Notes: generated by a model not told the origin, from the sequence alone. Counted from the stretch's first letter, positions 38,242-48,007 are shown. The stretch: DNA of 64,000 nucleotides from Oscillospiraceae bacterium (GCA_963632935.1 CAVGWA010000005.1:610-64609), one strand, 5' to 3'. A program made the numbers and translations.

Positions 38242-38272
38242 TTTATATTACTTGGAGTTTACTCTAAGTCAA
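38242..38272 (-). promoter_or_regulatory. MerR-type promoter: -35 TTGACT, 19-bp spacer containing a dyad, -10 TATAAA
   Basis: The minus strand reads cTTGACTtagagtaaactccaagtaaTATAAAat. The -35 is at 38267-38272, the -10 at 38242-38247, and the spacer is exactly 19 nt. The dyad ACTTAGAGT-aa-ACTCCAAGT matches at 8 of 9 positions. Confidence 0.6.
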
Positions 38273-38290
38273 GAGTTTTTTTGAAATTTA

Positions 38291-38313
38291 AAAAAAATAG
38301 TGAACATTCACTA
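38291..38313 (-). terminator. Rho-independent terminator after the phosphatase pseudogene
   Basis: Stem tagtgaa (38298-38304) / ttcacta (38307-38313), followed on the minus strand by tttttttt (38291-38297). Confidence 0.55.
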
Positions 38314-38711
38314 CTTGACAAAGAACCTTAATCCTCCGTGCGTTACTAACAAAATATTCTCATCTTTGTATTTTTTCTTCAATTCATCTAAAAGTTCTTT
38401 AATTCTTTGATAAACATCTTTCATAGATTCAAGTTCTGGTATTACAATCTGAATTATAATCCCAAAACACATTCCAATCCAAATTATCAAATGGAATATT
38501 TTCATATATCCCCATATTTCTTTCTTTTAACCTATCTTCTATTAATACAGGAATACTCCTATCTAAGTCTAATTTTCTTAATTTTTTTCTAACGTTAATA
38601 GCTTGATTCATTCCTTTTTTATTTAATGGTTAACTTAAATTAGCAATAATTCTATTTTTCCCTTGTTCCGTTTTTTCATTATATACACACTAATATGGTA
38701 TAGGTAAACAT
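38311..38711 (-). pseudogene. Histidine phosphatase (phosphoglycerate mutase/CobC family) pseudogene, with multiple frameshifts and stops
   Basis: Family-like pieces lie in three frames: ATG 38711 with a GAGGAG SD then a stop after 10 codons; TEQGKNRIIANLS*PLNKKG; the 38429-38611 ORF (IEDRLKERNMGIYE...); and the 38311-38505 ORF ending ILLVTHGG. Confidence 0.65.
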
Positions 38712-38835
38712 ATTCTCCTCAAACAACCTCCATAAAATTTTATCACATTTTTTTTAAAAATAAGTGTTTTTTTATCAAAAATATACTTTTTTTTGATAGT
38801 CACTGAACAGTTGATTTTCGTCTAAATATAAGGCA

Positions 38836-40020
38836 TTATTTAAATTTTAAAACACACACGCACTCTACGTGATGTGTTTGTGGGAACATATCAAATGGTA
38901 TAACTTTTATAACATCATATTTATCAAGCAATTTAATATCACGTGCTAAAGTTACTGGATCGCATGAAACATATATAATTTTTTTAGAATTAATTTTTAA
39001 TATATCACCAATTGCTTGTTTAGTAAGTCCTGCTCTTGGTGGATCAACAACAATACAATCTGGTTTAAACGATAATTTATCTATTTCTTTAGAAACATCC
39101 CCACATATAAAATTAACATTATTAATATTATTTATTTTTTTATTTAAATTTGCACACTCAACTGCATCTTTATTTATTTCTATACCTAATACACTTTTAA
39201 CCTTTTGAGCTAAGAATAAACTAATTGTACCTGTACCACAATATAAATCTAATACGTTGTTGCCATCAATATTATTTAAAACTTCTTTATAAAGTTTTTC
39301 GGTTATTTCATTATTAACTTGAAAAAAAGCTTCGCTACCAACTAAAAATTTTAAATTATTAATATGATTATAAACATACTTTTTCCCATATACACAAATA
39401 TTATTCATGTATATACTATCAGCATGTTTTTTCAAATTATCTATATTCATTTTTCCAGTAATTACTATCATAATCTCATCATATGATTTTATAACAATTT
39501 CAGTAACATTATTTAAATTTTCTTTATTAAGTAAAGTAATTATTTCATTTATTTTTTCACTTGCTAGTTCATGTCTTTCAATAGCTACAAAGTCATGTGT
39601 TTTATTTTTATAATAACCACATTTTCCCTGCACCTTTAAAGTTACTTTATTTCTATAGTTCCAATTTTTATTACCAGAAATAATATGGTTTACAATATTG
39701 TCCATATTTAAAAATTTTAAAAATATATTACGTAATTTTTCTTCTTTATATTCTAATTGTTTACTATATTTTAAGTGTTTTAAGTCACATCCACAATCTT
39801 CGTTTTTACATTTTCCTTCTACTTTATCAGGTGATTTTTTTATAATTTCTATTATTTTTCCTTCCATGTAATTCTTTTTTTCTAATGTTTTTATTACATA
39901 TGCTTCTTCGCCTGGAAGCAAGTTTTTAACAAACATAATTTTATTATTAATTTTAACTATTCCTCTTCCAAAATTATCTAATTTTTCGCATTCAACTAAA
40001 ATCTTTTCCATATGAAACAT
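38836..40020 (-). CDS. 23S rRNA (uracil-5-)-methyltransferase RlmCD/RumA family (TRAM plus SAM-MTase)
   Basis: TRAM-like N-terminus, then LDLYCGTGTISL, VVDPPRAGL and YVSCDP motifs. An alternative start at 40011 (MEKILVE) is possible. Confidence 0.88.
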   Translation of the reverse strand: MFHMEKILVECEKLDNFGRGIVKINNKIMFVKNLLPGEEAYVIKTLEKKNYMEGKIIEIIKKSPDKVEGKCKNEDCGCDLKHLKYSKQLEYKEEKLRNIFLKFLNMDNIVNHIISGNKNWNYRNKVTLKVQGKCGYYKNKTHDFVAIERHELASEKINEIITLLNKENLNNVTEIVIKSYDEIMIVITGKMNIDNLKKHADSIYMNNICVYGKKYVYNHINNLKFLVGSEAFFQVNNEITEKLYKEVLNNIDGNNVLDLYCGTGTISLFLAQKVKSVLGIEINKDAVECANLNKKINNINNVNFICGDVSKEIDKLSFKPDCIVVDPPRAGLTKQAIGDILKINSKKIIYVSCDPVTLARDIKLLDKYDVIKVIPFDMFPQTHHVECVCVLKFK

Positions 40021-40024
40021 TATA

Positions 40025-40054
40025 ACATAATTTTAATATTAAATAGCCATAATA
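40025..40054 (+). promoter_or_regulatory. Possible forespore (sigma-G/F-like) promoter for the ger operon
   Basis: ACATA (40025-40029), 18 nt, then CATAATA (40048-40054), compared with my recollection of the sigma-G consensus GHATR-N18-CATXHTA. The first base mismatches. Confidence 0.25.
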
Positions 40055-40076
40055 TAAAAAGAAAGAAAGGTATAAT

Positions 40077-41537
40077 ATGGAAAAAATATGTAAAAATGCG
40101 AAATTAGCCATTGAAAAGGTTAAGTTTATTTATGGTAATTCACCTGATATAAATACTCGTTTGATAAAGGTTAAAAATAAAAATGTTGGTGTGGTTTTTC
40201 TAGAAAGTTCTTCTGAGACTAAAACGATATCTGATTTTATAATTAAAGGTACTTTATATGCTAAAAATGATAAGTCTTTTTTTGAAAGTTTATTTAGTGT
40301 TTTAAAAAACAGTTTATTTAATTGTCAGTTATTTACGATTAAAGATTTTAAACAGTTTCCTTTTTATCTTTCAAGTGGTTTTACTATTATTTGTGTGGAT
40401 GGCGTAGATAAAGCTATTGTAATGGAAACGAGGGCTTCTTTGGATAGAGGTGTTAGTGAGGCAACTAGTGAGCCTGTTTTAAGAGGACCAAAAGATGGAT
40501 TTACTGAAAGTCATTCTAAAAATCTAGGATTAATTAGAAAAAGAATTAAAGATGAAAATTTATGGTTTAAGGATTTAAAGATAGGTAGAAGAACGATGTC
40601 TAGAGTTACTATTGCTTATATTAATGGAATTGCGGATGAAAAAAAGTTAAATATAATTATGGATAGATTAAGTAAAATTGATATTGATGGGGTTTTGGAT
40701 AGTGGTAATTTAAGAGATTATCTTCTTGATAAAAAATCTATTTTTCCACAAATTCAAAGTAGTGAAAGACCTGATGTCGCATCTGAGGCACTTTTGGATG
40801 GTAAAATAATTATTTTTGTAGAAAATTCCCCTTTTGTTTTAATTTTACCTACTGTTTTTATTGATTATATTCATAGTTCGGCTGATAAAAATCAAAAATC
40901 ATCTAATGTTTCGATTACTAGATTACTTAGGTTACTTGCTTTAATTATAACTTTATTTACACCGGCTATTTATATTGCCATTACGACTTATGATCAAAAT
41001 ACGATACCCGATAAATTATTAATTTCTATTGCTGTTCAAAGAGAGGGAGTTCCTTTCCCAACTGCCTTTGAAATTATTATGTTGGAAATTATTTTTGAAA
41101 TTATTAGGGAAAGTAATATTCGTTCTCCTAGTAGTATGTCGGCTGCAATGAGTATTGTTGGTGCTTTAGTTTTAGGTCAATCTGCAGTTGATGCGGGTAT
41201 TGTGTCACCAATAAGTGTTATTATTGTGGCTGTAACTTCTATTTGTAGTTTGATTTTTACTGATATTGATTTTATGAATGCAATTAGATCTTGGAGATTT
41301 TTGTTTATGCTTTCTGCAAGTCTTTTAGGTCTTATTGGAATAATGTGTATGAGTATTATTTGGCTTATTAAAATGGCAAGTTTAGAAAATTTATATACTA
41401 GTTATATCTCTCCTTTCGCTCCTTTTGATATTTATGGGCAGCAAAATGCGATTGTAAAATTTCCAAATAATAAGATGTTTATAAGGCCAAGATATATTAG
41501 TAAAGAAAATCCACATAGACAAAGGAGAGGTTTATGA
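40077..41537 (+). CDS. Spore germination protein, GerA (A-subunit) family
   Basis: 486 aa with a soluble N-terminal domain and a C-terminal TM bundle. Conserved blocks: EPVLRGPKDGFTES, SSERPD and FPTAFEIIMLE. Confidence 0.9.
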   Translation: MEKICKNAKLAIEKVKFIYGNSPDINTRLIKVKNKNVGVVFLESSSETKTISDFIIKGTLYAKNDKSFFESLFSVLKNSLFNCQLFTIKDFKQFPFYLSSGFTIICVDGVDKAIVMETRASLDRGVSEATSEPVLRGPKDGFTESHSKNLGLIRKRIKDENLWFKDLKIGRRTMSRVTIAYINGIADEKKLNIIMDRLSKIDIDGVLDSGNLRDYLLDKKSIFPQIQSSERPDVASEALLDGKIIIFVENSPFVLILPTVFIDYIHSSADKNQKSSNVSITRLLRLLALIITLFTPAIYIAITTYDQNTIPDKLLISIAVQREGVPFPTAFEIIMLEIIFEIIRESNIRSPSSMSAAMSIVGALVLGQSAVDAGIVSPISVIIVAVTSICSLIFTDIDFMNAIRSWRFLFMLSASLLGLIGIMCMSIIWLIKMASLENLYTSYISPFAPFDIYGQQNAIVKFPNNKMFIRPRYISKENPHRQRRGL

Positions 41538-42703
41538 AGAAATTAATTTTATTTATTATTACTTTATTTTTATGTGGTTGTGGTAATTATGCGGAGTTAA
41601 ATAAGTTATCTATTGTTACAGCTGTTGGTATTGATAAAAGTAATGATGGATATGAACTTAGTTTTTTAATTGCGAATGCTCCTAAGGCTGAGACAAGTAG
41701 TAAAGAGGGAGAAGCTAAAACTACTGTTTATAAAGGTAGTGGTAAAACGATACCTGAAGCTGCTCAAGCAATTGATCAGATAAGTCCTAAAAGGCTTTAT
41801 TTTGGACATATTAATGTTGTTATTATATCTGAGGATATTGCTGAGGAAGGCTTTTTTAAGTCTGCTGATTGGCTTCTTAGAAATCCTCAAACTAGAAAAA
41901 AGTTTTATCTTCTTCAAGCTAAAAATGTTAAAGCTGGCAATATTTTAAAGATTGTATCTCCACTTGAATCTTTTCCTTCTCAAAATATTGCGACTTTAAT
42001 TGAATCTAATCAAAATTCTAAATCAATTGCAACTTCGATTAGTTATAGTACGTTTATTGGTACTTCTTTGCAACAAGGTTTAGATCCTGTTTTACCATCA
42101 ATTACTATTAAAGGTAGTGTCAAAAAAGGAAGTAGTGAGAAGAATTTAGAAACAACGACGCCTGAGTCTTATCTTGCTTTAGGCCCTTTAGCCATTTATA
42201 GAAAAGATAAATTAAAAGGATTTGTTACAAAAAAAGAAAGTCAATCTATAAATATTTTGAAAAATGATACTAAGGAATTAAATTATACTATAAAGTATAA
42301 GGGTGAAAATATTAGTATTGATTCTAGAAATTTAAAGACGATAATAAAGTATGATGGAGATAATAGTTTTAATATTAATGTATATGGTAAAGGAAATATT
42401 TATAATGTTAATGGAAATATTAATATTAAAGATTATAAGGTTTTAGAAAATATAGAAAAGGTTTGGAATAAACAAGCCAAAAAAGATTTACAAAGGGTAA
42501 TTTTAAAGATGAAAAAGAATTATAAAACTGATATATTTGGATTTGGGAATATTATTTATAAGAATAATCCAAAGAAATGGAAAAAAATAAAATCAAAATG
42601 GAATGATAAATATTTTCCTAAAATTAATGTTAAAATTAACTGTAATTTAAATATTTCTGCAACCGGATCACTTGCTAAAACTATAAAGGAGGTGGCAAAA
42701 TGA
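41534..42703 (+). CDS. Spore germination lipoprotein, Ger(x)C family
   Basis: Lipobox LFLCGCG, then a GerxC-like N-terminal block (LSIVTAVGIDK) and C-terminal domain. There are 4-nt overlaps with both neighbouring genes. Confidence 0.88.
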   Translation: MKKLILFIITLFLCGCGNYAELNKLSIVTAVGIDKSNDGYELSFLIANAPKAETSSKEGEAKTTVYKGSGKTIPEAAQAIDQISPKRLYFGHINVVIISEDIAEEGFFKSADWLLRNPQTRKKFYLLQAKNVKAGNILKIVSPLESFPSQNIATLIESNQNSKSIATSISYSTFIGTSLQQGLDPVLPSITIKGSVKKGSSEKNLETTTPESYLALGPLAIYRKDKLKGFVTKKESQSINILKNDTKELNYTIKYKGENISIDSRNLKTIIKYDGDNSFNINVYGKGNIYNVNGNINIKDYKVLENIEKVWNKQAKKDLQRVILKMKKNYKTDIFGFGNIIYKNNPKKWKKIKSKWNDKYFPKINVKINCNLNISATGSLAKTIKEVAK

Positions 42704-43770
42704 GAAAAATTTCTTCATTGGAATATAATACTATTTTGTTTTTTTTAATAAGAGCATGTTTTATAGAAGTTACTGTGGGTATTTTAATTTCTATGTGCAA
42801 TGAAGATGCTTGGATAAGTATTGTTTTGGGTATTATATTAGGTATTATTCCGTTTTTTTTGTTTCATTTTATTAAAATAAATAATCCAAATAAAAATATT
42901 ATAGATATTATTAATAATAATTTTAAATTTTGCCTCGGTTTAAATTTTATTATTTTAATTGGTGTATTGATTTTTACAATATGTAATTTTTGGAATTTAA
43001 TTCATTTTATTGATTCACAGTTTTTATATAAAACATCTACTTGGATAATAACTAGTGCGGTGATTTTACCTATTTGCTATGCCGTTAGTAAAGATTTTCA
43101 TATTGTTAGTAAGGTTAGTTTAATTTTATTTTATGTTGTTATAATATTTATGATTTTTATAATTTTAGGCTTAATTTCTGGTATAAATATTGATAATTTA
43201 AAACCAATTTTATTTACAAGGCCTAAAAATATCTTATGTGGATCTTTTATTTTTATAGCTTATAATGTTTTGCCATTGTTTCTTTTAACCATTATACCTA
43301 ATGATAAAATAATTAATTATTCGGTTAAAAAAAATTTTTTATTTTATTTATTTGCGACTATTTCTCTTTTGAATATTATGTTTTTAACAATAAGTATTTT
43401 TGGTATAGATTTAGCTTCACTTTATGACTACCCTAGTTTTCATTTGTTAAAAAGGGTCAGTGTTTTAGAGATTGCTAACAGAATTGAAAGTATTTTATCT
43501 TTGGAATGGATATTTGCTTTGTTTATTTTAATAATTATAGGATTATTTTTTATTAAAGAAGGAATAAAGGTAATTTTTAAAGTAGATAAAAAAACAAATA
43601 ACAAAATAATAATTGTTATTTGCATTGCTATGAGTTTTATATCTAATGTTATTTTTTTAACTCATGGAACGAGTGAATATTTTTTTCAAAATTATCTTAT
43701 TTATATACTTTATATTATATTTTTTATAATTCCTTTTGTTGTTTTTATTAAATGTAAGGTTTTAAAATAG
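42700..43770 (+). CDS. Spore germination permease, GerAB/ArcD-like (B-subunit) family
   Basis: 356 aa with about 10 TM helices. It is the third gene of the ger operon. Confidence 0.85.
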   Translation: MRKISSLEYNTILFFLIRACFIEVTVGILISMCNEDAWISIVLGIILGIIPFFLFHFIKINNPNKNIIDIINNNFKFCLGLNFIILIGVLIFTICNFWNLIHFIDSQFLYKTSTWIITSAVILPICYAVSKDFHIVSKVSLILFYVVIIFMIFIILGLISGINIDNLKPILFTRPKNILCGSFIFIAYNVLPLFLLTIIPNDKIINYSVKKNFLFYLFATISLLNIMFLTISIFGIDLASLYDYPSFHLLKRVSVLEIANRIESILSLEWIFALFILIIIGLFFIKEGIKVIFKVDKKTNNKIIIVICIAMSFISNVIFLTHGTSEYFFQNYLIYILYIIFFIIPFVVFIKCKVLK

Positions 43771-44544
43771 ATTCAGTTTTTTAGCAACCAAAATTCCAAC
43801 AACTGTAATAATTCCTAAAATTATAATTGTTATTAAAATGGTTTTAAAAACTGATGATTTATTATCTTTGTAACCAACAAAGTCTGCTTTTTTTAGTTTT
43901 ATATTTGAAGTAAAAAATGAATTATCCATGGTTTGTTCTTTTTTCTTTGTTTCATTTATTAATTCTTTAAAATCTTTAATATCTGAAACTTTTGTATCAT
44001 CGTTATTTGCTTTTAAGTCACTAAACATATCACTAGCTAAATCAATATCATTCATTTTATTAAGCATACTTGTATTAGAGATTGTTTGAATCATATCTTT
44101 AAGTTCTTCTTTTTCATATTCTTGGTCTATGTTAGTTTTTAAATTTAATTTTTTTAATATGTCGTAGCTCGTTTTACTTAATACTCTTTCTTTGTCATCA
44201 GGTGTTTTACTTTCTTTTGCTTTTGATAAGACGTCCATAATATCATAATTTCTGTTTTCTTCTTTATATCTTTTTTTTACTTCTGGTATTTTATTTATTT
44301 CTTCATTATTTGTTAATCTACGATATTTTCTTTCTGCTTGATATTTTTCTCTATTATCAAGCATTTCTTTTATTTTTGTAATATCTATTTCGTTTGTATT
44401 ATCTATTGATGCAATTCCTTCGATATTACTGTATTTTCCATATGAATATATACTATTATATAATGTTTTATTTCTATTAGTTCTTGATGAATTACTAGCA
44501 TTTTTTTTATAATAGCGTTCCATCCTTGATGCCACCCGTACCAC
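43762..44544 (-). CDS. Hypothetical C-terminally membrane-anchored protein (charged, Lys/Glu/Asn-rich)
   Basis: About 255 aa with a single C-terminal TM helix (VFKTILITIIILGIITVVGILVA). The likely start is GTG 44535 or ATG 44523, after the AGAGGTGG SD. It overlaps the convergent gerAB-like gene by 9 nt. Confidence 0.5.
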   Translation of the reverse strand: MVRVASRMERYYKKNASNSSRTNRNKTLYNSIYSYGKYSNIEGIASIDNTNEIDITKIKEMLDNREKYQAERKYRRLTNNEEINKIPEVKKRYKEENRNYDIMDVLSKAKESKTPDDKERVLSKTSYDILKKLNLKTNIDQEYEKEELKDMIQTISNTSMLNKMNDIDLASDMFSDLKANNDDTKVSDIKDFKELINETKKKEQTMDNSFFTSNIKLKKADFVGYKDNKSSVFKTILITIIILGIITVVGILVAKKLNLF

Positions 44545-44643
44545 CTCTTATTTTAATGATATCATATTTTGATATTTTTTTAAAGGCAAGGTATTGCTTT
44601 TTTTAATGATTGCAAATATAATTTTTATATAGGAGGATTTATA

Positions 44644-44829
44644 ATGGATAAAGTTAAAGTTGATAAAGAAAAATGTATTGGCTGTGGTGCATGCACTGCA
44701 ATATGCCCTGATGTATTTGATTTTGGTGATGATGGGCTTGCAGAAGTTATTAAACAAGAAATTAATGATGATGTAAAAATGGCTGCAGAAGGTTGCCCAA
44801 CTGAAGCCATTGAAATTGAAACTGAATAA
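44644..44829 (+). CDS. 4Fe-4S ferredoxin (61 aa)
   Basis: AGGAGG SD, a CIGCGACTAICP cluster motif and a distal CP. Confidence 0.9.
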   Translation: MDKVKVDKEKCIGCGACTAICPDVFDFGDDGLAEVIKQEINDDVKMAAEGCPTEAIEIETE

Positions 44830-44837
44830 GTTTCTTT

Positions 44838-45548
44838 TTATTTTAATGAATATAATTTTTTTACTTCTTTAATGTTTAAATGTCTATATTCACCTGATTT
44901 TAATCCAGATAAATCTAAACCAGCAAATTTTTCTCTTTTTAATTTTGAAACTTTGTAACCTATTGCTTCAAACATTTTTTTTACTTGATGATTTCTTCCC
45001 TCATGGATTGTTAATTCAATTAATGAAGTTTTTTTCTTTCTATCCAGTTTTTTTATTTTTACTTTTGCTTTAGCTGTTTTTTTACCATCAATAATTACTC
45101 CATTTGCTAAAGATTTTACTTTAGTTGGAATTACTAATTCGTCTATTTTTACTAAATAAACTTTTTCAACTTCATGTTTTGGATGTATTAAAATGTTTGT
45201 TAATTCACCATCATTAGTAAGTAAAATGATTCCACTAGTATCATAGTCTAATCTACCAACGGGATATAGTCTATTTGTAGTTTCTATTATATCAACTACT
45301 GTTTTTCTACCTTTTTCATCATGTGCTGATGTAACTATTCCTCTTGGTTTGTATAGTAAGATATATTCTTTATCTTCTAGTTTTAATGTTGTATTATTTA
45401 TTACAATAGTATCACTATATGAAGCTTTGGTACCTAAATCAGAAACTACATTACCATTAACTTTAACTAATCCTTTTTTAATTAATTCTTCTGCTTTTCT
45501 TCTTGAACAGTATCCACTATTTGCTATTATTTTTTGTAATCTTTCCAC
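44838..45548 (-). CDS. rluB: Pseudouridine synthase, RluB/RsuA family (S4 domain plus catalytic domain)
   Basis: S4 N-terminus (RLQKIIANSGYCSRRKAEELI) and the catalytic GRLDYDTSGIILLTNDG motif. Confidence 0.92.
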   Translation of the reverse strand: MERLQKIIANSGYCSRRKAEELIKKGLVKVNGNVVSDLGTKASYSDTIVINNTTLKLEDKEYILLYKPRGIVTSAHDEKGRKTVVDIIETTNRLYPVGRLDYDTSGIILLTNDGELTNILIHPKHEVEKVYLVKIDELVIPTKVKSLANGVIIDGKKTAKAKVKIKKLDRKKKTSLIELTIHEGRNHQVKKMFEAIGYKVSKLKREKFAGLDLSGLKSGEYRHLNIKEVKKLYSLK

Positions 45549-45596
45549 TTAAATCACCGTGTTTATTATACTTAAAAATACTTAAAAATACAAGGT

Positions 45597-47990
45597 TTAT
45601 ATTTGATCTATATATTCAAGTAATTTTAGAAACATTCTAACAAATTTTTTATCAAGACCAATGCGTGATAGTTTACGAACTGCTATTCTTTTTTTCTTAA
45701 TATCGTTGATACTGAATAATATTGAATCAATTTTTTCTTTCATTTGTGTTGATATTTGTAAGTCACTTATGATTCTTTTAATATCTTCATTAATTAATCT
45801 TACGGCATCTATTTCAATGTCTTTACCTTTACAACTTAATGATAGTTGTCCAACTGTTGGTACATCTTTTATTTCAACTACAAAATCTGGTCCATCAACA
45901 TATGTTTTTAATGAAATTGGAGTATTATTGCTTTGTGCGGCAACATCTGTGGTTCTTTTTGTGTTTCTGAAGACAATTTTGTAATTACGTTTTTCAGGGA
46001 TGATACCACTTTTTCCTTCAATAGCTCGTATAACAACACTATAGTTATTTGGCATATATGTATAATCTATTTGTGTTAAAATATAATAATTTTTACGATA
46101 TAGATCACTTTCTCCATCATCTTCAAATAGCGTATATGAATTGCTTGTGCCTGGGAATATATGAATTTCCATATCAGTTGGTGGTGTTGTATCATTTAAG
46201 TTTTCATTGTTGCTTAAAGGAATAATGGAACCTGATTTAGCAAATACAGGGTAATCTTCATCTCTAAAAAAACTAATATAGCTTTTGTTTCCTGAAAATT
46301 TTTTGCCAGTAACAAAGTCATACCATATTCCATCTGGAAGGTAAAAGTTATGTACAACACGGTTCATGACAGTGTCTTTTGGTGTGATTATTGGTGCTAT
46401 AAATAATGATGTACCGAAAAAATATTCATTACGGTATAAAACGTCATCATATAATTTGTTTTTAATGTAATAAAGGGGTTTTATTAATTGATCACCAAAT
46501 TTATGATATTTATATGCTTCGCTATATATATATGGAATTAATTTATGCCTTAGTGTTAGGTAATCTTTGGCTATTGTGTATGTTTTTATATCCCATCGCC
46601 ATGGTTCTCTTTTATAATAGTTTCCTTTATCAACACCAAATTTTAAAATTGGTGAAAAGGTTGCTAGTTGAATTGACCTTAGATACAACTCATTATCTTC
46701 GGTTCCTTTAAAATATCCACTAATATCATGTGCCCAAAATGGTGCACCATTATTAAAGCTGTTATTATTATAAAAAGGAATTTTTCTTAATGTATGCCAA
46801 CCTACACTTGTTTTACCTGAATATAATACTGGATAGCGGTGTTGGGCGATATTATTGCCATTTGAAAGTAACAATGGACGACGTTTAAAGTCTCTTTTCA
46901 TATCTGAAAATTGATAATGTTTTAGAAGATTTAATTCTGGGTTATTTTTGTCTGTGTCCAGCCAATAGAAATCAACGCCTAATGAGTCTAGCGAATGAAT
47001 TAGTAGTTTAAAATATACATCTATGAATTTAGGATTTAATATATTAAATGGTATTTTATTGTTTTCCTCTGATAAATATTTTAGTGCTTCATTGTAGTAT
47101 TTATCAATGTTATAAATTCCTGATGTTGGGTCTATGCTTAATCCTAAACGAATATTTTTTGTATGTAGATAATCTATCATGGCTTTAGGATTTTTGAAGT
47201 AATTATTGTTAAATGTAAATCCTGTTTTTAATAGTTTATCTCCAATTTTTATACGGTTGTGCCAATCTTTATCTAATACTACTACTGATAATGGGATTTC
47301 TTTATTTTCAAAGGTATCTACTAATGTTTTTAAACTTAAATCATTATAATCGTTATTGCTACTCCACCAATTGCCTAATGCATATCTTGGAATTAAAGCA
47401 GGATATCCTGTTATTTGATAATAGTCTTTTAATGCTAATTCAAAGTCTTTATTATACATGAAAAGATACGTGTCTATTCTTAAATTTTCTACAGTTTTAG
47501 TTGTGCCATCTTCATTCATTATTAAGGAGGATGTATCATCAATACTTGCCATACCATCTGCTGAATATAATCCTTTTCCTTTAAGTCCACCCTCTTCTAA
47601 TGAGCTATTGGGAATTCCGTAGTTACGTATTTCTGGATGCCCATAATACCAATAGTATTCTGTATTTAATAATTCTACTTTTAAATTGGCAGCTGGTGAT
47701 GCTTTACCACCTAAAAATGATTTTTCTTTGATATATGTCAATTTAAAGTATTTTGTTTTTATGACTAAAAAGTTTGTATCTTCATCTACATCAAATGATG
47801 GTGTTTTTAAATCTCTATATAAAACTAATTGCGTTGGTTCATCTAAAAAAATGCCATTATCATTATATTCTAATCTTATTAATCTTTCGGTTAAGATTGT
47901 AAATCTATATTTTTTTCCTTTAATTATATTTTTAGGATTTGCTAGTGCTCTTTTTTTATCTATTTTAAATTGTTCCCCTAAATTATACAT
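45597..47990 (-). CDS. Glycoside hydrolase family 31 (alpha-glucosidase/xylosidase-like)
   Basis: 797 aa. GVDFYWLDTD (nucleophile-region-like) and FWAHDISGY (acid/base-region-like) blocks, with N- and C-terminal beta-sandwich-sized flanks. Confidence 0.8.
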   Translation of the reverse strand: MYNLGEQFKIDKKRALANPKNIIKGKKYRFTILTERLIRLEYNDNGIFLDEPTQLVLYRDLKTPSFDVDEDTNFLVIKTKYFKLTYIKEKSFLGGKASPAANLKVELLNTEYYWYYGHPEIRNYGIPNSSLEEGGLKGKGLYSADGMASIDDTSSLIMNEDGTTKTVENLRIDTYLFMYNKDFELALKDYYQITGYPALIPRYALGNWWSSNNDYNDLSLKTLVDTFENKEIPLSVVVLDKDWHNRIKIGDKLLKTGFTFNNNYFKNPKAMIDYLHTKNIRLGLSIDPTSGIYNIDKYYNEALKYLSEENNKIPFNILNPKFIDVYFKLLIHSLDSLGVDFYWLDTDKNNPELNLLKHYQFSDMKRDFKRRPLLLSNGNNIAQHRYPVLYSGKTSVGWHTLRKIPFYNNNSFNNGAPFWAHDISGYFKGTEDNELYLRSIQLATFSPILKFGVDKGNYYKREPWRWDIKTYTIAKDYLTLRHKLIPYIYSEAYKYHKFGDQLIKPLYYIKNKLYDDVLYRNEYFFGTSLFIAPIITPKDTVMNRVVHNFYLPDGIWYDFVTGKKFSGNKSYISFFRDEDYPVFAKSGSIIPLSNNENLNDTTPPTDMEIHIFPGTSNSYTLFEDDGESDLYRKNYYILTQIDYTYMPNNYSVVIRAIEGKSGIIPEKRNYKIVFRNTKRTTDVAAQSNNTPISLKTYVDGPDFVVEIKDVPTVGQLSLSCKGKDIEIDAVRLINEDIKRIISDLQISTQMKEKIDSILFSINDIKKKRIAVRKLSRIGLDKKFVRMFLKLLEYIDQI

Positions 47991-48007
47991 AAGTATTTTT
48001 TCCCCCT

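Noticed and set aside
38311-38611. ORFs 38311-38505 and 38429-38611 as two separate small genes.
   Set aside because: Together with upstream out-of-frame pieces, they reconstruct one histidine-phosphatase sequence, so they are better explained as fragments of a single pseudogene.
44548-44810. Two minus-strand ORFs (44548-44757, 44625-44810) overlapping the ferredoxin gene.
   Set aside because: The plus-strand ORF has an AGGAGG SD and a textbook CxxCxxCxxxCP ferredoxin motif. The antisense ORFs have no motifs or SD.
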